From: Macrostomum lignano
Taxonomy: Eukaryota
DNA length: 64,000 nt
NCBI GenBank assembly: GCA_002269645.1
Contig: NIVC01002427.1
Coordinates: 110,893 to 174,892 of the forward strand
Direction of reading: 5' to 3'
This document shows, one piece after another, positions 11,681 to 25,458 of this stretch; position 1 is the stretch's first letter; each line of letters starts with the position of its first letter. A model generated the notes under the pieces. It ran no database searches, was not told where the DNA came from, and saw nothing but the letters and a program-made list of their open reading frames with translations. A program made the translations under genes and the position numbers.

Positions 11681-12392
11681 CTTTTTGATAATTTCTGGCA
11701 TATATATCATGAGTCAATTTGTATTTCTGGGTCATTATTTGTTTTTTTTCTAAATTTTTAAGTAATAGGCCCTAATATGTAGGATCTAATAATCCTATAT
11801 ACTAAAAATGTGATGTCTATATATATGTGATAGATTAGAGAAAAAATGGCTGGACTGATTTTGTTCAAACTTGCACTGTTCGATCAGAAATTTTCCCGTG
11901 ACTGTACATGCATCGCGGCTAAGAAATTGCTCGATGCTAAAGGCATTAAATATTCGAAAAACATGCTTTTTTGCAAAGGTCAAGCAAACTTTTCGACTTG
12001 AAATGCATTGTAAGAATGCTAGAGAAAAAACTGACTGGTTGAATTCTGATTCTGAAATAGATTGCATCATAACTGAATTGTAACTCCGACTTGAATTGAA
12101 AATGCAGTGTGGAAGCGTAGCACCAGAATTTGCGTAACCATATTGTTAACTGATACTGACTGACTGAGAAACTGATTATGTCATAACTGCTTCGTATGAT
12201 TTACTCTATGCTTGGATTTTTAAGTGTTGAATTATTAAGTGCAAAATTTGATGTTATCAAAACAATGAGAGCTAGCCTAGAGGTGAACAAACTGAACTGC
12301 TAAATGCAGCGACGATGGTTCGAATTTTCATAGAGTATAATTTTTTTAATTAAAGCTTTTCAACGTCAGGAAAACTAAAAGACTTTTTAAAA

Positions 12393-13200
12393 AGAAGCGT
12401 CATGTAAAAATCATAGAAGCGTCATGTAAAAAATCATAGAAGCGTCATGTAAACAATCATAGAAGCGTCAGGTAAAAAATCATAGAAGCGTCATGTAAAA
12501 AATCATAGAAGCGTCATGTAAAAAATCATAGAAGCGTCATGTAAACAATCATAGAAGCGTCATGTAAACAATCATAGAAGCGTCATGTAAAAAATCGTAG
12601 AAGCGTCATATAAAATCATAGAAGCGTTATTTAAAAAAATCATAGAAGCGTCATATTAAAATCATAGAAGCATCATTTAAAAAGTCATAGAAGCGTCATA
12701 TAAAAATCATAGAAGCGTCATATAAAATATCATAGAAGCGTCATGTAAACAATCATAGAAGCGTCATGTAAACAATCATAAAAGCGTCATATTAAAATCA
12801 CAGAAGCGTCATTTAAAAAGTCATAGAAGCGTCATGTAAACAATCATAGAAGCGTCATGTAAACAATCATAGAAGCGTCATGTAAACAATCATAGAAGCG
12901 TCATGTAAAAATCGTAGAAGCGTCATGTAAACAATCATAGAAGCGTCATGTAAAAAATCGTAGAAGCGTCATATAAAAATCATAGAAGCGCCATTTAAAA
13001 AATCATAGAAGCGTCATGTAAACAATCATAGAAGCGTCATGTAAACAATCATAGAAGCGTCATGTAAAAAAATCATAGAAGCGTCATATAAAAATCATAG
13101 AAGCGTCAAGAAAAAATCATAGAAGCCTCATTTAAAACTAATGAAAGTGTCATTTAAAAAATTAAGAAGCATCATGGTAGAATAAAAGAAGCGTCATGTC
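12393..13200. repeat. 21-23-bp AT-rich minisatellite (AGAAGCGTCATGTAAAAAATCAT)n
   Basis: Direct reading. Confidence 0.95.
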
Positions 13201-15330
13201 AGACATGAAGGGTGTCATGTAAAAATTAAATGCAGCTATAATGCTGTGCTGGGAGAAAAACTGAGACGTAAAGGCTCTCAGAGAATAACTGAGATTACGG
13301 GGGGGGGGTTCTGAGATGTCAAAGCAAAAGTCAGAAGCTACTTCAAAGTTCATGTACTTTACTCAATTTTTTTATTGCATTCTTTGTTGGCTCGCCACAG
13401 GGGGCGCTGATAGAAGAAGAGTCATGTAAAAAATAAAAGTAGCACTATGTATACATAAAAGAAAAGTCATGTCGGAGTTAAAAGATTCATCTGGGAATTG
13501 CTACGATGTCAAAGCTTGGTGGAAATCGTTATAGTGCTGTGATTCTTACAGAAGGAATCACTAAAATGTCAAGGCTTAGGGGAGAAGAATTGCTGAGATT
13601 TCAAGGCTTTAGGTTGGGTTAAAGTTAGGTTTAGGTCAGGTTTGGGTTGAGGGTTATATTTTATCGGGTTTCAAGGTTAACAGGGGATTTTTTAGATTTC
13701 AAGGTTTATGGGGGCCATCGCTGACATGTCAAGGCTTACGGGGGAATAGCTGAGATGTCAAGGCTCACGGGGGTATAAATGAGATTTCAAGGCTAAAGTC
13801 AGAAGCTACATGTAGTTTATTGAAAACTTTTTATTACATTATTTGATGCCTCCTCAGGGGAGGGATCGCTGATAAAAAAAGCGTAATGTAAAAAATAAAA
13901 GAAGCTTCATGTCGAAGTTAAGAGATTCATTTGGGAATCCCTACGATGTCGAGGCTTGCAGGGAATCGCTATAATGCTGTAGTAGTGCTGTTATGACTCT
14001 TAGAGAGAATTACTGGAATTTCAATGCTTTAGGGTTAGGTTAGGGTTAGGGTTAGGGTTAGGGTTAGGGTTAGGCTAGGGTTAGGGTTAGAAGGTTGACA
14101 GATTTTTTTTAGATTTCAAGGCTTATTGGGGGCATCGCTAAGATGTCAAGGGGGGGAGTTGATTTGTTAAAGCTTGTGGGGGGGAATTACTGACATTTTA
14201 AGGCTTACAAGGGACTTCTGAGGTATATTGCAAAGAGATGCTACATGTAGTTTATTACAAAACTTGTACTGCATTTTTGGCTCCCTAACGCTAAGATACT
14301 AAGCTAAAAAACACTACTAGCGCTTCAAAAACTTATGCAGATGTCAGGCTGTAGGGTTAGTGTTAGGGTTGGTTAGCTCATGTTGCTTATTAAAAATGTT
14401 TATCATGGAAGCATCATGCAAAAATAATGGAAGCGTCATGCAAAAACAATGGATGTGTCATGCCAAAAATCATAGAAGCATCGATCATGCAAAAACTCAT
14501 GGACAAAATATTGAATTTAGGGTTTTGGTTAGGGTTAGGGTTTGGGTTAGAAGTTTGACAGAAGATTTTTTAAGATTTCAAGGCTACATATGTAGCTTAT
14601 TAAAAAAACGTGTATTGCATTTCTTTGGCTCCCCAACGGGGGGCGTAGATTGCTAGTATACTCTATATTATAAACACAAAAACTGCTCAAACACATTTAG
14701 AAATAATTGAAATTGATAATATGATAACTAATGAAATGCTTAGCTAACAAGGCAAAAGCATAATATACCACTATAGCAATAAATGAGAGAAGCTTCAAAC
14801 TACTATATTTATATTTATAGTAATAAAATAGTTGTTTTATATAGATAACTATAGCTATCACAGACACTTATTTTACTATAATTGTAATATTCCATATTGC
14901 TACTAGTCATAATTGAGATAGAACACAAATATTTTTTTTATTTTTTAAGCTATTTAATTTTTCAACATTACAACAACCCCCTCTCCTCCCCTAAGCCTTG
15001 ACATCTTAGTGATGCCCCCTAGCTCTTACCCTAACCCTAAAGCCTTGATATCTTAGCAATTCTTCCCCCATAAGCCTTGACATTTCAATAATTCTCCCTA
15101 AAATTTAGCATTGTATTTCCTTCCAAGCCTTGACATAGTAGCGATTCCCAAATGAATCTTTTATGTTTTACATGATGCTTCTTTTTTGCATGGCACTTCT
15201 ATCAGTCGCCCCCATTAATGAGCCAACAAAGAATGCAATAAAAAAATTAGAGTAAACTACATGTAGCTTCTGACCTCAACCTTTATATCTTAGCAATCCC
15301 CCCCTATGCCTTGCCATCTTAGTATAAGAA
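13200..15330. repeat. Composite interspersed repeat with about 30-bp subunits (GAGATGTCAAGGCTT...) in direct and inverted copies
   Basis: Recurring blocks at 13290-13840 and 13860-14650, and a reverse-complement block at 14980-15320. Confidence 0.65.
14028..14090 (+). repeat. Interstitial (TTAGGG)n tract
   Basis: About 10 TTAGGG units with one or two variants. Degenerate echoes occur at about 13610-13650 and 14520-14550. Confidence 0.9.
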
Positions 15331-15739
15331 ATATTCAATTTGTTATAAAAAATTGCTATAAATAAGTTGTCAATTTTGTAACCTACCATTGGTCTACCAT
15401 AATTTATGCTACTAGATGCGCAAATGTTTGGCTAGACCTTATCTATTGGCTGCTATGCCTCCACAATCTCCCCTATTTTTTCCTCTCCCATTGTCCTCTG
15501 GGCATAAGAAATGGGTTCCCATATATAACTATCAATATCCATAATAAATTGTGATTTTGAATGGTCAATTGATTATTAGTATTTTATGTATTTCATTTTT
15601 TTCATGTCCAAATCATTGACTATTGCGAAACTCGAGCTAGCCAAGGCAATCAAACACAAAATACATTTCACAAGTGTTTTGTGGGTTGTCAAACGGAGCT
15701 CTATATTTTCAATTGCACTGTTTCTTTTGAATAGACTAA

Positions 15740-18700
15740 ATGTTTAACAGTGACTGCAATGACAATGGCGCGGCTACCGAAGCCAATGCTGCTCCAGAGC
15801 TTGATCCTGCAAATAATACTACTAGTAGTAATCCCAGCAGTAGTAACAGTAGCAGTTTTAGACGCCGGGTTAAGCTGTATGTGCTTAACGATGACAGGCA
15901 GTGGGACGATCGAGGCACGGGCTATGTGAGCTCGGCTTATATCGAGCGGTTAACTGGCGTTTGCCTGTGGGTTGTGTCCGAGATTGACGGCTCGACTCTA
16001 CTAGAGTCCCGTATACAGCAGGACACCGCTTACCAGAAGCAGCAGGAGACTTTAATTGTCTGGTCTGAGGCCGAGTCCCTGGATTTGGCTTTGAGCTTTC
16101 AGGTAGTCTCACGTTTTATGTCTTTTTGGAAGCTCAGCTTAAGATAGAGGAACAGGCTTAGAAACAGGGGAGGAACAGGATTAGAAACAGGGGAGGAACA
16201 GGCTTAGAAACAGGGGAAGAACAGGCTTAGAAACAGGGGAAGAACAGGCTTAGAAACAGGGGAAGAACAGGCTTAGAAACAGGGGAGGAACAGGCTCTGA
16301 AACAGGGGAGGAACAGGCTTAGAAACAGGGGAGGAAAAGGCTCTGAAACAGGGGAGGAACAGGCTTAGAAACAGGGGAGGAACAGGCTCAGAAACAGGGG
16401 AGGAACAGGCTTAGAAACAGGGGAAGAACAGGCTTAGAAACAGGGGAGGAACAGGCTCAGAAACAGGGGAGGAACAGGCTTAGAAACAGGGGAGGAACAG
16501 GCTTAGAAACAGGGGGAAGAACAGGCTTAGAAACAGGGGAAGAACAGGCTTAGAAACAGGGGAAGAACAGGCTTAGAAACAGGGGAAGAACAGGCTTAGA
16601 AACAGGGGAGGAACAGGCTCTGAAACAGGGGAGGAACAGGCTTAGAAACAGGGGAGGAAAAGGCTCTGAAACAGGGGAGGAACAGGCTTAGAAACAGGGG
16701 AGGAACAGGCTCTGAAACAGGGGAGGAACAGGCTTAGAAACAGGGGAAGAACAGGCTTAGAAACAGGGGAGGAACAGGCTCAGAAACAGGGGAGGAACAG
16801 GCTTAGAAACAGGGGAGGAACAGGCTTAGAAACAGGGGAGGAACAGGCTTAGAAACAGGGGAAGAACAGGCTTAGAAACAGGGGAAGAACAGGCTTAGAA
16901 ACAGGGGAAGAACAGGCTTAGAAACAGGGGAAGAACAGGCTTAGAAACAGGGGAAGAACAGGCTTAGAAACAGGGGAAGAACAGGCTTAGAAACAGGGGA
17001 AGAACAGGCTTAGAAACAGGGGAAGAACAGGCTTAGAAACAGGGGAAGAACAGGCTTAGAAACAGAGGAAGAACAGGCTTAGAAACAGGGGAAGAACAGG
17101 CTCTGAAACAGGGGAGGAACAGGCTTAGAAACAGGGAAGGAACAGGCTTAGAAACAGGGGAGGAAAAGGCTCTGAAACAGGGGAGGAACAGGCTCTGAAA
17201 CAGGGGAGGAACAGGCTCTGAAACAGGGGAGGAACAGGCTCTGAAACAGGGGAGGAACAGGCTTAGAAACAGGGGAGGAACAGGCTCTGAAACAGGGGAG
17301 GAACAGGCTCAGAAACAGGGGAGGAACAGGCTTAGAAACAGGGGAGGAAAAGGCTCTGAAACAGGGGAGGAACAGGCTTAGAAACAGGGGAGGAACAGGC
17401 TCTGAAACAGGGGAGGAACAGGCTTAGAAACAGGGGAGGAAAAGGCTCTGAAACAGGGGAGGAACAGGCTCTGAAACAGGGGAGGAACAGGCTTAGAAAC
17501 AGGGGAGGAACAGGCTTAGAAACAGGGGAGGAACAGGCTTAGAAACAGGGGAGGAACAGGATTAGAAACAGGGGAGGAACAGGCTTAGAAACAGGGAGGA
17601 ACAGGCTTAGAAACAGGGGAGGAACAGGATTAGAAACAGGGGAGGAACAGGCTTAGAAACAGGGAGGAACAGGCTTAGAAACAGGGGAGGAACAGGATTA
17701 GAAACAGGGGAGGAAAAGGCTCTGAAACAGGGGAGGAACAGGCTCTGAAACAGGGGAGAAACAGGCTCAGAAACAGGGGAGGAACAGGCTTAGAAACAGG
17801 GGAGGAACAGGCTCTGAAACAGGGGAGGAACAGGCTTTGAAACAGGGGAGGAACAGGCTCAGAAACAGGGGAGGAACAGGCTCTGAAACAGGGGAGGAAC
17901 AGGCTTAGAAACAGGGGAGGAACAGGCTTAGAAACAGGGGAGGAACAGGCTTAGAAACAGGGGAGGAACAGGATTAGAAACAGGGGAGGAACAGGCTTAG
18001 AAACAGGGGAGGAACAGGCTCAGAAACAGGGGAGGAACAGGCTTAGAAACAGGGGAGAAACAGGCTCAGAAACAGGGGAGGAACAGGCTCAGAAACAGGG
18101 GAGGAACAGGCTTAGAAACAGGGGAGGAACAGGCTCAGAAACAGGGGAGGAACAGGCTTGAGTAAGGTAGAGAATCAGTAGCAGAAAAACAGGTGCTTCG
18201 GTAGCAAAAATAGAAAATTAAAAGCAATGAATGTCTCCATTACAATGGTTCGACAGGAGAAGGAAGGCTGCGAAGAAGTGTGGGCTCGAATCTGCTGGGT
18301 GCAGGGCAAGGATCCTTCAGTTGACGTCACCCAAGACGTAGCCGAGGACGAAGATGGGTCAGACGAATTCGAATACACTGACGGACCCGTTGGGGCAGGC
18401 GGCCTCGCCGCCGTGACTCAACTTCTCAGCCGCGTGGAGATGCCGCCATGTGAGCCCAGCGTGCTGGCTGAGGCCGCACGCCTTGTGACCGCCTCCCGGA
18501 CCAGCCCGGCGCCCCTGTCCATTGGGCATCAGCTGGCCGAGTCCGCTATTAGAAAGGACTATCCGAGAATACTGTGCTGCGTGATATTCCCTGAGTAAGT
18601 TGCTTTGAAAGGTTTTCTGAATCTCTGATCTTTCGGGGTGGGGGTAATAGGTGTGACAGCGATGCTGACAGGTGTGACAGCGATGCTGACAGGTGTGACA

Positions 18701-21700
18701 GGGATGCTGACAGGTGTGACAGGGATGCTGGCAGGTGTGACAGCGATGCTGACAGATGTGACAGTGATGCTGACAGGTGTGACAGCGATGCTGACAGGTG
18801 TGACAGCGATGCTGACAGGTGTGACAGCGATGCTGACAGGTGTGACAGCGATGCTGACAGGTGTTACAGTGATGCTGACAGGTGTGACAGCGATGCTGAC
18901 AGGTGTGACAGTGATGCTGACAGGTGTGACAGCGATGCTGACAGGTGTGACAGCGATGCTGACAGGTGTGACAGTGATGCTGACAGGTGTTACAGTGATG
19001 CTGACAGGTGTTACAGCGATGCTGACAGGTGTGACAGTGATGCTGACAGGTGTTACAGTGATGCTGACAGGTGTTACAGCGATGCTGACAGGTGTGACAG
19101 CGATGCTGACAGGTGTGACAGCGATGCTGACAGGTGTGACAGGGATGCTGACAGGTTTGACAGAGATGCTGACAGGTGTGACAGGGATGCTGACAGGTGT
19201 TACAGCGATGCTGACAGGTGTGACAGGGATGCTGACAGGTGTGACAGCGATGCTGACAGGTGTGACAGCGATGCTGACAGGTGTGACAGGTGTGACAGCG
19301 ATGCTGACAGGTGTGACAGGGATGCTGACAGGTTTGACAGAGATGCTGACAGGTGTGACAGGGATGCTGACAGGTGTTACAGCGATGCTGACAGGTGTGA
19401 CAGGGATGCTGACAGGTGTGACAGCGATGCTGACAGGTGTGACAGCGATGCTGACAGGTGTGACAGCGATGCTGACAGGTGTGACAGCGATGCTGACAGG
19501 TGTGACAGTGATGCTGACAGGTGTTACAGTGATGCTGACAGGTGTTACAGCGATGCTGACAGGTGTGACAGTGATGCTGACAGGTGTTACAGGGATGCTG
19601 ACAGGTGTGACAGCGATGCTGACAGGTGTGACAGGTGTGACAGCGATGCTGACAGGTGTGACAGTGATGCTGACAGGTGTGACAGCGATGCTGACAGGTG
19701 TGACAGTGATGCTGACAGGTGTGACAGTGATGCTGACAGGTGTGACAGTGATGCTGACAGGTGTGACAGTGATGCTGACAGGTGTGACTGGAATACTGAC
19801 AGGTGTGACAGGGATGCTGACAGGTGTGACAGCGATGCTGACAGGTGTGACAGTGATGCTGACAGGTGTGACAGTGATGCTGACAGGTTTGACAGAGATG
19901 CTGACAGGTGTGACAGGGATGCTGACAGGTGTGACAGGGATGCTTACAGCTGTCACGGCATGGTAACACAGGTTATAGAAGAGTACTCTCAAACCACATA
20001 TTTCTCAACCGCAGGGCTGAGCAGCAAGGCAACGTGGAGCGCCTTCAACAATTGCAAGAATTAACCACCAGCCTTCTGCTGCTCAATCATCGCCGCCTAT
20101 TAGAAAGTTTAACAATGCCGGACGATCGACTGTTAGCCACCTTAGGGATGCTGGAGTACCGGCCTAGCGGCCGGGTGCCTCATCGGAATTTCGTACTCGG
20201 TCAGGCGGCTAATCCTCGCCAGGTGCTGAAGTTCGATCGTCAGCCAGGCTTAGCCGAGACAATTCGGCGACAGTACCGGCTGCAGTACCTGCTAGACTGC
20301 GCCCTGCCGCCTCCCAGTCCGCTTGACGATGTGCAGTTCCTGACGCTGGCGCTGAGAGGCGAAGGAGGCGGAGGCGGCGGCGGCGGAAGCTCCGCAGGTT
20401 TCGGCCAGCAGTCGGAGCTCAGCGGGCTGGTGCTGTCCGGCCGGTTAAGAATTGCATCCGATATTGTTCAGGACGCCAATCTGGTTGCTGAGCTGTTGAA
20501 TGGCCTGTGCAGCAGCTCGTCAGACACTGTCAGGATGCTGGATTTGGCCAGGTTTCTCCGCGAGCTGTGCTGCTGCTGCCCGTCTGGCCAGTGCGGCCTG
20601 GGACAGCTGGCTGGGCTGCAGGAGCAGCTGCTGAACGGCGGGCGACTGCTGGAAGCCCTCGGCTGCATGTACACCGCGGCAGATCAGTGTCCGGCTGTCG
20701 GGGCCGCTGCTACCGACATTCTGCAGGTGGATGTGCTTGTTTCAGTTGATTTTCTATGAGTTTTCAGAGATTTGTAGCTTCTGGGGAAAATCTGCAGATT
20801 TTAGGGAAGATTTTCAGATTGTAGTGTAGATTTTCATGTAGATTTGCAGATTCTGGTGCAGATTTGCAGATTCTAGTGTAGATTTTTAGATTCTGGTGCA
20901 GATTTGTAGATTCTAATGCAGATTTATGAATTCTATTGTAGATTTGCAGATTCTTGGGCAGATTTGTATATTCTGGGGCAGATTTGCAGATTCTTGGTCA
21001 GATTTGTATATTCTGGGGCAGATTTGCAGATTCTTGGTCAGATTTGTATATTCTGGGGCAGATTTGCAGATTCTGGTGCAGATTTGTAGATTCTAATGCA
21101 GATTTATGAATTCTATTGTAGATTTGCAGATTATTGGGCAGATTTGCAGATTCTGGGGCAGATTTGTAGATTCTGGGGCAGATTTGTAGATTCTGGTGCA
21201 GATTTGTAGATTCTGGTTCAGATTTGTAGATTCTGGTGCAGATTTGTAGATTTATGGGTAGATTAGTAGATTCTTATCTAGGTTGTATATTTGTGCGTAT
21301 ATCTGTTTATTACTGGTATAGAGAATGGCTATAATGCGTAAAGTTTATCCTAATTACTGCAAGGGGTGGTCCAAAGCAATACAAATAACTTTATGACTAA
21401 GTTTAAAATTATTACACATTCTCTTTCAGTGCCTGGTGGACCACTCCGCCCCCCTGCTGCGTGACCACCTGCTGCACGAAGCCGCTGACCGACCCGACTC
21501 GGACCTGCTGCTCAGCCGCCTCGTGGGCCGCATGAGTCGCGACACTGACCCGGAGATGTCCGAGGCGCACCGGCTGGCGTGCCTGATCAGAGCCATGCTG
21601 GACCCTGACGCCGCCCTCACCAACCCTGCTGGCAGTGTGAGACACAGATCCTCAGTTGCTGGGCTGCCAGCTTCCCAGATTCTCAGTTGCTGGGCTGCCA

Positions 21701-24700
21701 GCCTCCCAGATCCTCAGTTGCTGGGCTGCCAGCTTCCCAGATCCTCAGTTGCTGGGCCAGCCTCCCAGATCCTCAGTTGCTGGGCTGCCAGCCTCCCAAA
21801 TCCTCAGTTGCTGGACCAGCCTCCCAGATTCTCAGTTGCTGGGCCAGCCTCCCAAATCCTCAGTTGCTGGGCCAGCCTCCCAGATCCTCAGTTGCTGGAC
21901 CAGCCTCCCAGATCCTCAGACTTTACCGGACGTTGCACTGCAGTATTTTCAACAAACACAGCGCCTCATCCGCCCACCTTCCCCCGTTCCCCATCCAGCT
22001 GCTGTGCCCGGTCCGGTCCACGCCAGTGAAGCTGGAGTTCCTCCGCTATTTCTACCAGCGCGTGATGCCCCGCCTGCTGCAGCCGCTGCTGTCCAACACG
22101 CCAGTTGACGAGTCTGTGGAGCCGCAGAATGACGGCGGGCCAACAAATGACAGCTACCGGTTGGCCCAGCTGCAGCACTGCATCCTGGGCTTGGCTCTGT
22201 TCTCAGCCGAGCAGCATGTCAATCATTTTCGCGGCATACTACTCACCAGTGACCTGTTGCGTCATTCTCTATGCCTGCTGCGCTCTCGTCACGCCTTTCT
22301 GACGTTGAGCGCGCTGAGATTTCTTCGACGAATAGCATCGGCAAAGGACGAGCTGTACATGCGCTGCTTGGTCCGGCAGCGGCTGCTGGACCCGGTAGTG
22401 CAGCTGCTGGGCAGGCACGGAAGCCGCTACAACATGATTCACTCCTCTGTGCTGGAGCTATTCGAATACGTACTGCTGGAGGACCTGGCTCCTTTGATTG
22501 TTAATATTGTTGAGTCTCGGTATTGGCCTGACCTGCTACAGGCGGTTGCTAAGGCTCCAGCTGCGGTTGCTATGTGCCAGTCGATGCAGCAGCGGTACAA
22601 TCAGCTGAGGGAGAAGGCCGCTAAGGATGCTGGCCATGGTGCCGGTAATAACAAGAGACCGCCAGATTCGCCTATTGTTGGGTGAGATTTCTCTTGAGCC
22701 TGCGTCTGTTTGTTGTGTTTCAAACGACTTGTTGGCCTTTGTAACAGTGTAATCGCCTCTAATCCTATTCAAGAATCTCCCCTAATCCTAGAATCCCATA
22801 TACTAAAAATTCTCCCCTAATCCTGCCTTACAATCTCCCCTAATCCTGCCCTAGAATCGCCCCTAATCCTGCCCTAGAATCTCCCCTAATCGTGCCTTAG
22901 AATCGCCCCCAATCCTGTCCTAGAATCTCCCCTATTCCTGCCCTAAAATCTCCCCTAATCCTGCCTTAGATTGGCCCTAATCCTGTCCTAGAATCTCCCC
23001 TAATCCTGCCCTAGAACCTCCTCTAATCCTGTCCTAGAATCTCCTCTAATCCTGCCTTAGAATCGCCCCTAATCCTGTTCTAGAATCTCCCCTAATCCTG
23101 CCTTAGAATCGCCCCTAATCCTATCCTAGAACCTCCTCTAATCTTGTCCTACAATCGCCTTTTAAACACGGTGCGCCGTTTCCACCCAGTGTTGCCATGC
23201 AAAAGTCCAAGCGTCCTCGTTTGAGACCGCCAACTCCGCCGGGTGAACCGCATGCGCAGCAAAGGAGTCCTAATGTTTCAGCAAGTTCAACAACAGTTAG
23301 CACAGTCAGCAATGGCTGTGCTAAGGGGTGTGTGTATCGGCTTTTTGTGTCTTTAAAGTCACCTGACGGTGTATTTATATTGTAGCTGCAGTTTTACTTG
23401 ATGCGCACTGGTGGTTTTGAGTGCTGCTATTTTATGCCCTGTGTTCGGTCCTGCCTAAACTACAATGCAATCATTTTTAAAACCTTAGTGCGAATCGCAA
23501 TTCCCGGTGGTTTTGCTATTTTTATATTTTACTGGTTAATGTATTTTTTGATTTTTGGTGGTACGGATCTTTTATATATTGTAAATAAGTACGTCAAAAA
23601 GTTATTTAAAAGTGAAAATTTTGTTTAACTAAAATTTTGACCCAAACTCACCGATTCAAATCCCGTCCGTCCCATCAACTGAAATCTTCACCCATAGTTT
23701 GGATCTTTGACACATCGTCTGAAGCTTGACCCACGCACTTGAGATCGTTGACCCATCAATCAGAATGGTGACCCACACACTTGAGACCATTGACCCACCG
23801 ATCAGAATGGTGACCCACGCACTTGAGACCATTGACCCACCGATCAGAATGGTGACCCACGCACTTAAGACCGTTGACCCACCGATCAGAATGGTGACCC
23901 ACGCACTTGAGACCGTTGACCCACCGATCAGAATGGTGACCCACGCACTTGAGACCGTTGACCCACCGATCAGAATGGTGACCCACACACTTGAGACCGT
24001 TGACCCACCGATCAGAATGGTGACCCACGAACTTAAGACCGTTGACCCACCGATCAGAATGGTGACCCACACACTTGAGACCATTGACCCACCGATCAGA
24101 ATGGTGACCCACACACTTGAGACCGTTGACCCACCGATCAGAATGGTGACCCACACACTTGAGACCGTTGACCCACCGATCAGAATGGTGACCCACACAC
24201 TTGAGTCCGTTGACCCACCGATCAGAATGGTGACCCACACACTTGAGACCATTGACCCACCGATCAGAATGGTGACCCACACACTTGAGACCATTGACCC
24301 ACCGATCAGAATGGTGACCCACACACTTGAGACCATTGACCCACCGATCAGAATGGTGACCCACACACTTGAGACCATTGACCCACCGATCAGAATGGTG
24401 ACCCACACACTTGAGACCATTGACCCACCGATCAGAATGGTGACCCACACACTTGAGACCGTTGACCCACCGATGAGAATGGTGACCCACACACTTGAGA
24501 CCGTTGACCCACCGATCAGAATGGTGACCCACACACTTGAGACCATTGACCCACCGATCAGAATGGTTACCCACACACTTGAGACCGTTGACCCACCGAT
24601 CAGAATGGTGACCCACACACTTGAGACCGTTGACCCACCGATCAGAATGGTGACCCACGCACTTGAGACCGTTGACCCACCAATCAAACAAAAATTTTAC

Positions 24701-25107
24701 TTATCCTTTTTGTTTTAAGTACTGACTTTTAGCGGTTTTAACTTCATTAATGTAAAGTAATCAGTTTAAACTGGCTCGAACGCTCTCCCAACCACAATGA
24801 CATCGCCAGGCTGAGACACACCAGCCCAGCATCCGGTGCTTCATCACCCACGGATCGGCGCATATTAAAACGGAACAGTCAAACAACGCTTGCCTGCCAG
24901 CTGGAGACCACCAGAGAGGAGACCGACAACAATGATGACGCAATCAAGCAGGATGAGGAAGAAGCTGAGAGCAAGGTGAACCAACATGCGGCGGATATGA
25001 AGCGACTGAGATTGTCGATTTCAAACGGCTCCGATATGGACTGCGATGAGGATATTGACGACGCCGGGGCCGAGACCGATGCTGCCAATGGAAACGTGAC
25101 AAAATGA
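15740..25107 (+). CDS. PPP4R3: Protein phosphatase 4 regulatory subunit 3 (SMEK/falafel/PSY2 family). Exons 15740-16102, 18257-18594, 20015-20726, 21430-21636, 21999-22681, 23190-23327, 24810-25107; about 912 aa
   Basis: The EVH1-like start [25 protein letters not shown]...[23 protein letters not shown]|[25 protein letters not shown] and the later S.HAFL.L.ALRFLR and [16 protein letters not shown] match the family. All six introns are GT-AG with compatible phases (total 2739 nt). The last two exons rest on splice and phase logic only. Confidence 0.93.
16147..18159. repeat. 23-bp purine-rich minisatellite (AGGAACAGGCTTAGAAACAGGGG)n in PPP4R3 intron 1
   Basis: Direct reading. Confidence 0.98.
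18649..19949. repeat. 21-bp minisatellite (GTGACAGCGATGCTGACAGGT)n in PPP4R3 intron 2
   Basis: Direct reading. It explains ORFs 18359-19969, 18559-19992 and 18638-19966. Confidence 0.98.
20767..21275. repeat. 20-bp minisatellite (GCAGATTTGTAGATTCTGGT)n in PPP4R3 intron 3
   Basis: Direct reading. Confidence 0.93.
21645..21919. repeat. 28/31-bp minisatellite (GCCTCCCAGATCCTCAGTTGCTGGGCCA)n in PPP4R3 intron 4
   Basis: Direct reading. Same family as 61960-62850 in reverse orientation. Confidence 0.95.
22750..23160. repeat. 23-bp minisatellite (AATCCTGCCCTAGAATCTCCCCT)n in PPP4R3 intron 5
   Basis: Direct reading. Confidence 0.93.
23727..24686. repeat. 42-bp minisatellite in PPP4R3 intron 6
   Basis: Unit GTGACCCACACACTTGAGACCGTTGACCCACCGATCAGAATG. 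It explains ORFs 23656-24687, 23726-24718 and 23756-24691. Confidence 0.98.
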
Positions 25108-25458
25108 ATTTTATAATTTTTTGTCATATGGAGTTCTATTTTTCACTCGCAGATTGTCGATGCCGCTTGCCCGTTTAAGTAGCTAGTTTCTTTTGCTTGC
25201 TTTAAGTTGCTTTTATTGCTGCACCGCCGCTATTCGCTTTGCTCCGTCTGTTCGACGCCTGTTTCTCGCGTTTTATTGCTTGACTTTGTTTAACGTACAT
25301 TTACCTTGTTTTTTGATTTGCTACTGTCAGTAGTGTCCAGTAGGCTTAATTTAATGTTATATATGGGCTCTATTTTCTACACGCTTTGCCTTCCGCCTTA
25401 CTTGAAGATGATTCCCTGTTCTATTTTAACTGGAGTCTGTTTTCTCCGCCTCAATGCA

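Noticed and set aside
14028-14090. Chromosome end or fusion site
   Set aside because: The tract is short, embedded in a repeated element, and has no head-to-head TTAGGG/CCCTAA junction.
18359-19992. Long ORFs such as (HTCQHRC)n (metallothionein-like) and (VTPVSIA)n
   Set aside because: They are translations of the 21-bp array inside PPP4R3 intron 2, open in several frames and on both strands.
23656-24718. 310-343-aa repetitive ORFs
   Set aside because: Products of the 42-bp intronic minisatellite.
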